A stretch of 64,000 bases of DNA from Candidatus Omnitrophota bacterium (GTDB taxonomy: Bacteria > Omnitrophota > Gorgyraeia > Zapsychrales > Fredricksoniimonadaceae), in the NCBI GenBank assembly GCA_963828495.1, contig CAWHFJ010000016.1, forward strand, positions 85,353-149,352. The letters are read 5' to 3'. Every line of letters begins with the position of its first letter. Position 1 is the first letter of the stretch. Of this stretch, positions 20,898 through 30,092 are shown in pieces. Under the pieces are notes generated by a model. It was not told the origin of the DNA, ran no database searches, and worked only from the letters and a program-made list of their open reading frames with translations. A program made the translations under genes and the position numbers.

Positions 20898-21287
20898 CTA
20901 ATAGTTATAATTAGTCAATAGTGTGTCTAACTCTAGATTCTGGACGCCCCCTAGGGCATCCCAATAAATAATCACTTGAACCTCTTTAGGATCCCCGGTC
21001 ACAATGACCTCTTGGTCAAAATCAGCATAATCGCCGCCCCCTAAGTTCGTTCTGGGAGAAGCAAAAGAATCGACAGCAGCCCAACTGCCGGCATTTTTAA
21101 TCAATTCCATTTCTCCCTGGGCCAAAGCTAAAGCGATCGTTGAATGCTCGCTATTGACGTCAGCACTCATGCCGAGGCCAAACATATTGAGTGTAACAAC
21201 ACTGCCAACAACCAAAAGCACGACTGCCATTAACATCTCCAGTATAGTAAAACCTTTTTTGGACATGCCATCATTCTTGATTGCCAT
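20898..21287 (-). CDS. Minor pseudopilin with a prepilin-type N-terminal domain
   Basis: N-terminus KKGFTILEMLMAVVLLVVGSVV; 129 aa; sits in the position of GspH/GspI. Confidence 0.75.
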   Translation of the reverse strand: MAIKNDGMSKKGFTILEMLMAVVLLVVGSVVTLNMFGLGMSADVNSEHSTIALALAQGEMELIKNAGSWAAVDSFASPRTNLGGGDYADFDQEVIVTGDPKEVQVIIYWDALGGVQNLELDTLLTNYNY

Positions 21288-21720
21288 TAGTCACATAAAT
21301 ATCCGTACTCGTGACACCTGTCACTACTCCAGTATTTCCGATGGTCGTTATGGCAGTGCCGTTCGGTCCGACAGACCAAATGACATAATACTCACCGTTA
21401 TTTGATACGGCATAGTTATATTCTATGCCTGTAGCCGCAAATGGATCATGCAGAGGATGGGCCACAATTAACGGACTTGCTCCGTTAAGATACGATGCAC
21501 AAAGAGATGTTGTAGTCGGCGGATAAGCCTGCGGCGTCTGATGAATATACCATGACTCAACAGCTGTCTGTAGGGTTGTTAATTCAGCTTGAGCTTTAGC
21601 CCTATTGGCTTCCTCCTGCATGCCTTTAAACCTGGGAATAATAATCCCCAAAAGAATAGCGATAACCGTGATAACCACCAACATCTCCACCAAAGTAAAT
21701 CCGCGGTTGCATTTCATCAT
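21271..21720 (-). CDS. Major pseudopilin, GspG-like
   Basis: NRGFTLVEMLVVITVIAILLGIIIPRF...AKAQAELTTLQTAVESWY...DPF...YNY...YVIWSVGPNG. This is collinear with the T2SS GspG pattern. Confidence 0.8.
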   Translation of the reverse strand: MMKCNRGFTLVEMLVVITVIAILLGIIIPRFKGMQEEANRAKAQAELTTLQTAVESWYIHQTPQAYPPTTTSLCASYLNGASPLIVAHPLHDPFAATGIEYNYAVSNNGEYYVIWSVGPNGTAITTIGNTGVVTGVTSTDIYVTNGNQE

Positions 21721-21748
21721 TTTCTCCTTTTTAGTATTTATTAGCGTT

Positions 21749-22966
21749 TTAGTGGTGAATAGTTTTAATCATATCAAACAAGGGCAAAAGCATAGACGCC
21801 ATAATAAGGCCGACCAACATGCCCATAAGTATGATAAAAAAAGGTTCAACCAACATGGTTAACTGCTTGACCGAATTATCCACAACCGATTCATAAAAAT
21901 CCGCCACTTTATAAAGCATAGGAGCTAATTTACCTGTTGCCTCACCCGTGGCGATCATAGAAACCACATCATTAGGGAAACAATCAGAACCTTTGAGCTG
22001 ATGTGAAATCTTCTCTCCTTCCTGGACACTCTGTCTTGTCTGCACAATGATGCGTTGATAGACATTATTACCGATGACATCTTTGACAACATCCAGACAT
22101 GTTATGATAGGGACATTATTTTCCAATAGTATCCCTAATGCCCTGCAAAACCTTGTTATAAAAACTTCCTTCATTAAGTGGCCGATATACGGCAATTGAA
22201 GAATGTGCCTATCAAAATAATCTTTGCCTTTAGCGCTCGTCAAAAATTGCCTAATCAAAAAACCGGCAGTCAACACGGACGGAATGATAAGAAACCAAAA
22301 TTGTTTACACAATATGCCCAATTGATAAAGGATCATTGTCGGTAAAGGCAGAGGAACGTCAGCGGCAATGAATATGGCGACGAATTGAGGAATAACAAAA
22401 GTCACGATCAAAATAAGAACAAAGCTCCCCAAGCAAAGCAATATCATGGGATAAAATAATGCCCCCTGTATCTTTTGCCTCAAACTCTCTTCTTTTTCCA
22501 TATAAACAGCCATCCTGTTAAGGACAATATGGATCGTGCCGCTCACCTCCCCGACCTTGATCATACTGACGTACATTTCAGAAAAAGCTTGAGGGTGACG
22601 CGCCAAAGCTTCAGATAAAGAAGACCCTTCATATACTTTCTGAGAAACATCCAAAAGAATATTTTTAAGAAACGGATTCTCAAATTGTCCGGCAATAATC
22701 CGTATGCTGTTGAGTAACGGGATCCCCGCATCCGCCATACAGGCGAGTCTCATATTAAGCATGACGATATCCTGATTTCTGACTCTTTGAGGCCACAGCG
22801 TTTTCAACAATATTTTTTCTTGGACCCCACGCTCCAAACCGACGCGGACCGGCATATAATTCAAGGCCTGCAACTTTTGCAGCAAATCCTCTTCACCCAG
22901 GGCTTCCAAAACGCCGTTTACCGATCTGCCTGAATCATTACGGGCTTTATAAGAAAATACCGGCAT
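21749..22966 (-). CDS. GspF/PilC family inner-membrane platform protein
   Basis: 405 aa with duplicated GspF domains (SLSEALARHPQAFSEMYVSMIKVGEVSG...; ...ISHQLKGSDCFPNDVVSMIATGEATGKL) and three TM segments. Confidence 0.9.
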   Translation of the reverse strand: MPVFSYKARNDSGRSVNGVLEALGEEDLLQKLQALNYMPVRVGLERGVQEKILLKTLWPQRVRNQDIVMLNMRLACMADAGIPLLNSIRIIAGQFENPFLKNILLDVSQKVYEGSSLSEALARHPQAFSEMYVSMIKVGEVSGTIHIVLNRMAVYMEKEESLRQKIQGALFYPMILLCLGSFVLILIVTFVIPQFVAIFIAADVPLPLPTMILYQLGILCKQFWFLIIPSVLTAGFLIRQFLTSAKGKDYFDRHILQLPYIGHLMKEVFITRFCRALGILLENNVPIITCLDVVKDVIGNNVYQRIIVQTRQSVQEGEKISHQLKGSDCFPNDVVSMIATGEATGKLAPMLYKVADFYESVVDNSVKQLTMLVEPFFIILMGMLVGLIMASMLLPLFDMIKTIHH

Positions 22967-22981
22967 AGCTTGAAGACCTCC

Positions 22982-24589
22982 TTATTGCGTGACCCTAAAT
23001 ATTTCTTCTTTTACCGTTAATCCCGCGGCTACTATATCCAACCCGTTGTCCCTTAAATTTTTCATTCCCGTTTGTATGGCCGCCTGATTAATTTCTTCCG
23101 TGGATGCTTTTTGCATGATCAGCGTCCGCACACGTTGGTCAGGGATCATCAATTCATAAATCCCTCTGCGCCCTCTGTATCCGGTCTGAATGCAATAAGC
23201 ACAGCCTTTGCCTTTACAATCCATGCATGTTAAACGGACCAACCGCTGACCGACAACCCCGATGATCGACGAAGCCAACAAAAAAGGCTCAACCCCGATA
23301 TCAATCAGGCGTGAGATCGCCCCTGCGGCAGAGTTGGTGTGTAACGTGGCCATGACCAGGTGCCCTGTCAAAGCTGCCTGAATAGCGATTTGGGAGGTTT
23401 CGGCATCACGGATCTCACCCACCATGATGATATTCGGGTCTTGACGAAGAATGGCCCTTAATCCAGAAGCAAAAGTTAACCCTATCAGGGGGTCTACCTG
23501 TGTTTGACGGATACCCGGCAGACGATATTCAACGGGGTCCTCGACCGTATAAATGGATTTTTCCGTATTATTAATAGTACTTATGGAAGAATACAGCGTG
23601 GTTGTCTTGCCGCTACCCGTCGGACCTGTAACTAAAATGATACCGTTGGGTTTAAACAATAAAGATCTATAGTTATCCAGGTTCGCCCCTTGAAGACCGA
23701 TCTGTTCAAGGCCTAAAAGAACACTGCTGGTATTCAATAGCCTTAAAACCAGAGTCTCCCCATAAGCCGTGGGCAAGCAGGAAAGACGGACATCGATGGC
23801 TTTGTCTTCAATGGTCACCTGAAAACGTCCATCTTGGGGCAGGCGTGTTTCTGAAATATTGAGATTAGCCATGATTTTGATACGGGAGTTGATTGCCAAT
23901 TGAAAATTCTTCGGAGGAGAAGGCTGTACATACAAAAAACCGTCAATGCGGTAACGCAGGTTGATGGTATGCTCTTCCGGCTCAATATGAATATCCGAAG
24001 CATTTAATGCGACAGCCTTGGCGATCATCATATTAACAAATTTGATGACAGGAGCCTCTTCAACCATTGCCGGAATATCCGGCGGGCCTTGAGAGTTATT
24101 ATCTTTAAGTATCCGGGGCGCCACAGCACTAAGTTGGTCCCCCCAATGGCTCTGCATGGCATAATATATGGTCAAAGCTTTCTTGATTTCTTTCTCGGTC
24201 GCGATAGCCGGCTCAATGGCCAAACCCGTCTTCAATGCAATTTCATCTAACGCAAAAACATTAAAGACATCCGCCATCGCACAGGTGACAGTATTGCCGG
24301 TTTTAAAAAGCGGAATAACATGATATTTCTGCGCCAGGCCTTCAGGGATCAACTCAATGATTTTGGGATCGATCACTAAACTGTCCAACCCTATACGCGG
24401 GATATTCATCTGATCAGAAATAAAATCAACCATGGCCTTCTCGGTAACATACCCAAGACGTACCAAAGATTTATGGACCCCTTCACCGCTGGTTTGTTCT
24501 TCGGCCTTGGCATGTTCCCACTGGGCTTGTGAAATGACACCTTTCTCTAAAAGCAATGCACCAATATTTCTTGCGATCTTTTTAACCAT
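22982..24589 (-). CDS. GspE/PilB family secretion ATPase
   Basis: Walker A GPTGSGKTTTLYS, Asp box, Walker B IIMVGEIRD, His box ATLHTN, a tetracysteine motif (CMDCKGKGCAYC) and an N-terminal GspE_N/MshEN-like domain. Confidence 0.92.
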   Translation of the reverse strand: MVKKIARNIGALLLEKGVISQAQWEHAKAEEQTSGEGVHKSLVRLGYVTEKAMVDFISDQMNIPRIGLDSLVIDPKIIELIPEGLAQKYHVIPLFKTGNTVTCAMADVFNVFALDEIALKTGLAIEPAIATEKEIKKALTIYYAMQSHWGDQLSAVAPRILKDNNSQGPPDIPAMVEEAPVIKFVNMMIAKAVALNASDIHIEPEEHTINLRYRIDGFLYVQPSPPKNFQLAINSRIKIMANLNISETRLPQDGRFQVTIEDKAIDVRLSCLPTAYGETLVLRLLNTSSVLLGLEQIGLQGANLDNYRSLLFKPNGIILVTGPTGSGKTTTLYSSISTINNTEKSIYTVEDPVEYRLPGIRQTQVDPLIGLTFASGLRAILRQDPNIIMVGEIRDAETSQIAIQAALTGHLVMATLHTNSAAGAISRLIDIGVEPFLLASSIIGVVGQRLVRLTCMDCKGKGCAYCIQTGYRGRRGIYELMIPDQRVRTLIMQKASTEEINQAAIQTGMKNLRDNGLDIVAAGLTVKEEIFRVTQ

Positions 24590-24596
24590 GGGTCAT

Positions 24597-26303
24597 CTAC
24601 TTTTGTATCGCCTCAAGCATTGCTTGGGCTTCGTGACAATAAGAACTATTAGGAAATCTCTCCAGCAACTTTTTTAAGGTCTGGCGGGCCGCTTCGGACT
24701 TGTGAAAAACAGTGCTATAGATCTGGGCAATTCTATATAGGCAATAATCTGCCTTGGGAGAATCGGGGAATTGCCTGTAGATTGTTTGATACGTCTCAAG
24801 CATTTCACTATATTTAAACAGATCGGACGCCTCCGGTTTTACCCCGCCGATATCTGTTTCTATGCTCTGTATATAAGCAAACATCTTGTCTTGCGCATAC
24901 TGATCCCCATTATGCACATAATCGGGGCTATACACATTTAACTTTATTAACGGATTATGATTCATCACATCGGAAGCACGGACGATGTGAGGTGTGATAA
25001 AAACTGTCAGTTCGGTATTTTCCTTGTCTGCGCTTCGATTAGAGAATAGCCAGCCTATAAGGGGTATGGAACGTAAAAATGGGACACCGGATTTGGTGCG
25101 GTCATCTATTTTGTTGATCAACCCCCCGATAATAATGGTTTCATTGTCCCTCACGCGGATCGTTGAATCTGCCTCACGCGTGGTGATACTGGGGCCCGCC
25201 GGCAAGGAAGCGAGTATGGATGAGACTTCCGGATGGATTTTCATCGTTATCCATCCGTCGGGGGAAACCATAGGCGTGACTCTTAACATGGTGCCCACAT
25301 CAACAAACATGGTCGTTTGAGTATTGCCCACAGGTGTCGTCGTCGTCTGCAGAAAAGGAAAACGTTCACCAATATTAATCTTGGCTTCTTTGCCGTTTAA
25401 TGTAGCAATAGAGGGAGATGCCAAAAGATGGGCCTTGTTGTGCTGGATCAAAGCATCCAATTGAACATTAAGAGCCAAACTCTTAAACGTCGGCGTTACA
25501 TTGATTTGATTTCCCGGTATATTAGTCGAAGGACCGGCCAAATTAGTGCCCAGAGCGACACTTTGCGTGCTATCTTGGGCAAGAGTGCCCGGAGCCGATG
25601 TGACCGTCGATGTTGATGTCCCTGTTGAGGCCCCTGTCGAGGTGCCTTTAGCATCAAAAGTTGAGTTGATCACAGTCCCCAGATTCTCATAATCTTTAGA
25701 TTCTATATCCACGATCTTGGCTTCAATCAATACTTGAATAGGGGCAACGTCGAACTCAGCAAGGATCTGTTTGACTTTTTTAATACTTTCCGGGACATCC
25801 ACAACCACCAGGCTATTGGTGGCTTCGTTGATCTGAATGTCCCCCTGTTTAGAGATGGTTTTGCTTAATAACTGTTTGGCATCGGCAGCTGCCAAAAAAC
25901 TTAAATGAAACACTTCAGCGATCGTTTCCATATCGCCGGCGCGCATAACATAAATAATATCGTCCTTGCGCAGGAACCTGTAACCGTTCACCTTTAAAAT
26001 CGCATTTAAAACCTCATCAATGGTGATGTTCTGCAGGTGCGCAGAAACTTTCCCCTGCACATTTCCCGTCATCACCAAATTTAAATTAAAAGAATAGGAG
26101 AGCGCTTGGAGAACAGAAACCAAATTGGCTTCATGGTAATCAATCGAGAGCTTTTTACTTTGCGGGTCAACGGTCAAACCTTTGTTGTCAACGGTGCTAT
26201 GTGTATAGGGAGTGCCGACCGCCTGCTCTTGGGCATTAGCCAAAAGAGAAAACCAAAATAAATTATAAATAACAAATATAATGAAAAGAATGTCTTTCAT
26301 CAC
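24597..26303 (-). CDS. Secretin (GspD/PilQ family) with a fused C-terminal TPR-like extension
   Basis: Signal peptide, N-domains (NSLVVVDVPESIKKVKQILAEFD) and a secretin core (LASPSIATLNGKEAKINIG...VPFLRSIPLIGWLFS...ELTVFITPHIV). This is followed by ~110 aa ending FPDSPKADYCLYRIAQIY...LLERFPNSSYCHEAQAMLEAIQK (YbgF/PilF-like helices). Confidence 0.88.
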   Translation of the reverse strand: MMKDILFIIFVIYNLFWFSLLANAQEQAVGTPYTHSTVDNKGLTVDPQSKKLSIDYHEANLVSVLQALSYSFNLNLVMTGNVQGKVSAHLQNITIDEVLNAILKVNGYRFLRKDDIIYVMRAGDMETIAEVFHLSFLAAADAKQLLSKTISKQGDIQINEATNSLVVVDVPESIKKVKQILAEFDVAPIQVLIEAKIVDIESKDYENLGTVINSTFDAKGTSTGASTGTSTSTVTSAPGTLAQDSTQSVALGTNLAGPSTNIPGNQINVTPTFKSLALNVQLDALIQHNKAHLLASPSIATLNGKEAKINIGERFPFLQTTTTPVGNTQTTMFVDVGTMLRVTPMVSPDGWITMKIHPEVSSILASLPAGPSITTREADSTIRVRDNETIIIGGLINKIDDRTKSGVPFLRSIPLIGWLFSNRSADKENTELTVFITPHIVRASDVMNHNPLIKLNVYSPDYVHNGDQYAQDKMFAYIQSIETDIGGVKPEASDLFKYSEMLETYQTIYRQFPDSPKADYCLYRIAQIYSTVFHKSEAARQTLKKLLERFPNSSYCHEAQAMLEAIQK

Positions 26304-26677
26304 TTTGCCCTCTTTTCGATGATCGCATCAACCTGACGGACCAACTCATCAATCTCAAACGGTTTGGCTATAAACCCATCAACGTTCATCTGCACCAGAA
26401 GCTGTTCCAAATTAGTCCGGGCCGTGAGCACTAAAACAGGATATAAAGGGTGGTCCTGGCCACTACAGATCTTTTGGTAGAACCCCAAGCCGCCAAGCTT
26501 GGGCATATTCATGTCTAAAATAATTAAATCCGGCTTGATTGTCTCCAATTTGCTCAAAGCTTCAAGGCCGTTGTTCGCCGTCTCAACAATATACCCTCTG
26601 ACTTTTAACGTAATCTTGGTCAACTGTTGCAAATCGATGTCATCATCGATTAACAATATCATCTTTGAATCGGGCAT
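26300..26677 (-). CDS. Single-domain response regulator, first gene of the secretion operon
   Basis: ILLIDDDIDL...LIILDMNMPKLGG...LTAR...AKPF. Its stop overlaps the secretin start by 4 nt. Confidence 0.85.
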   Translation of the reverse strand: MPDSKMILLIDDDIDLQQLTKITLKVRGYIVETANNGLEALSKLETIKPDLIILDMNMPKLGGLGFYQKICSGQDHPLYPVLVLTARTNLEQLLVQMNVDGFIAKPFEIDELVRQVDAIIEKRAK

Positions 26678-26720
26678 ATAGTGACCCCTTTAATAACATG
26701 AGGTTTGGCTAAAGTTTTTT

Positions 26721-26805
26721 ATATATAGACATAAAATATTTTACATACCCCCCATTAACTAGTAAAGTTCTTTCCCATATATAAATGTAAAGTATTTTGC
26801 ATACC
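26721..26805 (-). promoter_or_regulatory. Two 29-nt direct repeats, 56 bp apart, in the 147-bp gap upstream of the secretion operon. Candidate operator or duplicated promoter elements.
   Basis: 26721-26749 ATATATAGACATAAAATATTTTACATACC versus 26777-26805 ATATATAAATGTAAAGTATTTTGCATACC (23 of 29 identical). This is the only sizeable non-coding gap near the operon start. Confidence 0.3.
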
Positions 26806-26824
26806 ACAAAATCTAAGTGGCGAC

Positions 26825-27190
26825 TTAAAACGTCCGATTAACTAAATCGACCAACTCTTGGTCATTAAATGGTTTTTGTAAAAACCCCACGGCCCCTGCT
26901 TTTAAAGCCTGTTCCTTAAGGCCGCCATCTTTATCCGCCGTAATAATAATGACCGGACGGTTAGCCCCTGATTTCATCAGTTTTTGCTGTGCTGCCCACC
27001 CGTTTAATCCCGGCATATGAATGTCCATGATTAAACACCCCAAAGCACTGTTCGACACAGCGCTAAAAAAATCCTCCGCGCTAGGGAAAGTTTCTACTGC
27101 AAACCCGTAAGTCCCCATAAGTAATTTCAAAGAGCGACACACAGACTCGTCATCATCCACAATGTAAATTTGTTTTTTGTCTAAAGGCAT
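26825..27190 (-). CDS. Single-domain response regulator
   Basis: IYIVDDDESVCRS...CLIMDIHMPGLNG...ITADKD...LQKPF. Confidence 0.85.
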   Translation of the reverse strand: MPLDKKQIYIVDDDESVCRSLKLLMGTYGFAVETFPSAEDFFSAVSNSALGCLIMDIHMPGLNGWAAQQKLMKSGANRPVIIITADKDGGLKEQALKAGAVGFLQKPFNDQELVDLVNRTF

Positions 27191-27223
27191 TTCATCACTC
27201 TCCTTAAGTTGTCGTTCTTGCGG

Positions 27224-28792
27224 TTATCCGTCTGCCTGTCCTTTGGCTGACTGCAATCTTTCAAAAAATCTATTTTTATCAAAATCACAGTTCCATTTTC
27301 TTATGATGATCCATCCCATAAAACGGATTAAATCGTTCCGCCAGTGCCGATACCATCCCTCCCACCCCTGCTTAATGTTATGTAAAAATAAAACTAACTT
27401 AGGGAATGTTAATATATCCAGCCCTATTTTAAAAAAATAGCCGAACTGATAAAAAGACGCCATAATTTTTCTCTGCGCCGCCTGCATGCCTTCAGCGGTC
27501 AGTGGCGCGTCAGGTGCAAAAACCGGGAAATTCCCGTCATAATATTCCCAGCCAACATCATGAACATCATAAATCCGATGTTGCGCCCGAAGCCTTTGGC
27601 TTAATTGCGTTCCCGGCAACGGGACGGGGAGCAAAATTTGAATAGTATCGATACGCGCTTTTCTAATAAATGTCCGGTAGCGTTTCACCCTCTGGCTTGC
27701 CGTCATATCAAAACACTGTCCTTCTTCAAGGGGATATCCAAAAATAAACATCCCGTGCACTAAAAACCCGAATTGGTGGAAAATTCTTGTGAAGGATAAC
27801 ATCTCTTCAGGCTTGATATGTTTGTTCATGGCATTTAATTCTTCAGCAATCGGAGATTCAAAACCAATACAAACCATGTTTATGCCTGCCTGGCGCATCG
27901 CTAAAAGAAGTTCCGGGTCCTTGGCCTTATCCAGCCTTATCTGTGCCGTAAAATCGAGCCGTTTACCAATGTGTTTTTGATAATCCCGAAGCTCATAGCA
28001 AAGTTGCACTGTCTCATTGCGATGCTGCCCAAAAAGGTCATCAATAATAAAAAAATGCCGCGCAGCCCTTGTTTCGACTAAAAGTCTGACCTGTTCAAGC
28101 AGCCGGTCAGGACAAGCGGCCCGAGGCTTCCCCTTGACGGTACAGAACTCGCAATCCATGCCGCATCCCCGGATACGCTCGACCGGATAAACCTTTAAAC
28201 GGGCATACCTCACCAGAGAAAAATCCGGCAGAGGCAATTTGTCAAAATCAAGCAAAGGTTCTCTCTCAGGGGTGAGGACCAGTTCTGTGTTTTTTAAAAA
28301 CGCAATGCCTTTCACCTGGGTGATATCACGTTGCCCTTCGATGGCCTCCAAAAGCTCCTGAATGGTCTCTTCGCCCTCTCCTATAACAATGTAGTCGATC
28401 CCATGAGACAAGGCGTCCATAATATTATCGCCCACAAAATGCTGACCGCCGGCGATCGTGACCACTCCCTGATCTTTGTAAAATTGTGCGACCTTATAAA
28501 GACGCGGAATAGTGCTGGTTAACCCGCCATAAAATCCAACCACATCCGCAGGCCTTTGTTGCTGCAAAAATTCGTGATCAGCTCCCCCCTCCTTCCCCCT
28601 TGGCCCATGCAAGCAGAGATTGTTTTCATCAATCACCTCAACATCCCACTTATGCATTTTGTTAACATTCGTGGCCACATAAACCGGACCTAAAGCCGTT
28701 GTCCTGGATGCCATGTCTGAATAAATATTAAATGCCGGATAAGCAGGCGTGACCATGCGAAATCTATATCTTTTCTTCAATGTATCCAACAT
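27224..28792 (-). CDS. B12-binding-domain radical SAM protein
   Basis: The N-terminal cobalamin-binding-type Rossmann region (VVGFYGGLTSTIPRLYKVAQF...IAGGQHF...YIVIGEGEETIQELLEAI) is followed by CGMDCEFC (CxxxCxxC). 522 aa. Confidence 0.8.
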   Translation of the reverse strand: MLDTLKKRYRFRMVTPAYPAFNIYSDMASRTTALGPVYVATNVNKMHKWDVEVIDENNLCLHGPRGKEGGADHEFLQQQRPADVVGFYGGLTSTIPRLYKVAQFYKDQGVVTIAGGQHFVGDNIMDALSHGIDYIVIGEGEETIQELLEAIEGQRDITQVKGIAFLKNTELVLTPEREPLLDFDKLPLPDFSLVRYARLKVYPVERIRGCGMDCEFCTVKGKPRAACPDRLLEQVRLLVETRAARHFFIIDDLFGQHRNETVQLCYELRDYQKHIGKRLDFTAQIRLDKAKDPELLLAMRQAGINMVCIGFESPIAEELNAMNKHIKPEEMLSFTRIFHQFGFLVHGMFIFGYPLEEGQCFDMTASQRVKRYRTFIRKARIDTIQILLPVPLPGTQLSQRLRAQHRIYDVHDVGWEYYDGNFPVFAPDAPLTAEGMQAAQRKIMASFYQFGYFFKIGLDILTFPKLVLFLHNIKQGWEGWYRHWRNDLIRFMGWIIIRKWNCDFDKNRFFERLQSAKGQADG

Positions 28793-28929
28793 AACTCCCC
28801 TCCTTATTTGTCTTTATAATATTGATAATATTCTAGGAAGGGATCAAAAATGAATCAATTGTACCAAGGTATAATAGATGGAAATTGAAGAAGTGACTAC
28901 GGATGGTTACTTTTAGATGCCGGGACACC

Positions 28930-30081
28930 TTATATTGTTATCTCCCTTCTTTCCTGAATGGGTAAAATAAAACTAAAGGTGGTCCCTTCTCCTTCTGTCG
29001 ATTCAACCCAAATCTTGCCTCCATGCCGCTCTATAATCTGCCGGCAAATAGCCAATCCCAAACCTGTCCCTCCTTCTTCGTTACTTTCTGCGGATTCAAT
29101 CTGCTGGAATTTTTCAAAAATTTTGGGCATACCTGATTGTGCAATCCCTCTGCCCGTGTCTTTGACAGTAATGATAATATGGTTGCTTTCTGTTTTATTG
29201 ATGCTGGTTATCGTAATGCCCCCCTTTTTGGTAAACTTAATAGCATTATTCAAAAGATTGTTCAACACCTGGGTTATCCGGTCACTATCAAAAAAAACCA
29301 ACGGTAAATGCTCGTCTAATTCCAGCTTGACATACAACCCCCTGCTGGCGGCGACGTCTTTCTGGGATTCAACGGTCTCTTGAATGACCTGGTTAATATT
29401 ATTGACCATAAAATTCATATCTAATTTACCTGATTCCATTTTAGATAGGTCTAAAATATCGTCTATCAACCGCTTCAGGCGGTCGACATTATTTTTGGCG
29501 CGTTGTAACACGTCTGCCTGTTGGGGGGTAATTTCTCCCACCATTTTCCTGATGACTAAATCAACGGCCGTTTTAATAGAGGCTAAAGGGGTACGCAATT
29601 CATGAGAAACCGTGGAGGTAAATTCTTTTTGCATTTCATACATGGCCTTTAATTTCTTGTTACTCAATTCTAATTCTTCTTCTTTGGTCCTGGCCTTCAG
29701 CAATAAATCATAATGTTCAATACACTGACGGATAGTAGACAATAATTCCGTCGTTTTCCATGGTTTACTGATAAACCGATACACTTCACCTACATTGATG
29801 GCCTCTTCCGCGGCGGAAAAGTCCGTATAACCGGTAAAAAGGACCTTGACCGTGTCCGGATAATGCTCTTTAACTTCCTGTAAAAATTGGGTGCCCGATA
29901 TATCCGGCATACGATAATCACTGACGACCACCTTTATTTTATATTTTGCCAGCGCCGCGCGCGCATCCGCCACTTTCGTGGTCGCAAAAATTTCATAGGG
30001 CTCTCTTATGAATAACCGTTTAACCCCGTCGATGATACTTTCTTCATCATCTAAAAACAAAACCTGAATTTCTTTAGGCAT
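28930..30081 (-). CDS. Hybrid receiver-histidine kinase (REC, HisKA, HATPase_c)
   Basis: REC: VLFLDDEESI...VVVSDYRMPDISG...SKPW. H-box STVSHELRTPLASI; NLLNNAIKFT, DTGRGI, GGTGLGLAICRQI. Confidence 0.88.
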   Translation of the reverse strand: MPKEIQVLFLDDEESIIDGVKRLFIREPYEIFATTKVADARAALAKYKIKVVVSDYRMPDISGTQFLQEVKEHYPDTVKVLFTGYTDFSAAEEAINVGEVYRFISKPWKTTELLSTIRQCIEHYDLLLKARTKEEELELSNKKLKAMYEMQKEFTSTVSHELRTPLASIKTAVDLVIRKMVGEITPQQADVLQRAKNNVDRLKRLIDDILDLSKMESGKLDMNFMVNNINQVIQETVESQKDVAASRGLYVKLELDEHLPLVFFDSDRITQVLNNLLNNAIKFTKKGGITITSINKTESNHIIITVKDTGRGIAQSGMPKIFEKFQQIESAESNEEGGTGLGLAICRQIIERHGGKIWVESTEGEGTTFSFILPIQERREITI

Positions 30082-30092
30082 ACGTTATCCTT

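Noticed and set aside
25560-25650. The S/T/G-rich low-complexity stretch in the secretin, considered as a hypervariable or phase-variable DNA repeat.
   Set aside because: The nucleotide sequence is only imperfectly repetitive, with no exact tandem unit. It is more consistent with a flexible linker than with a contingency locus.
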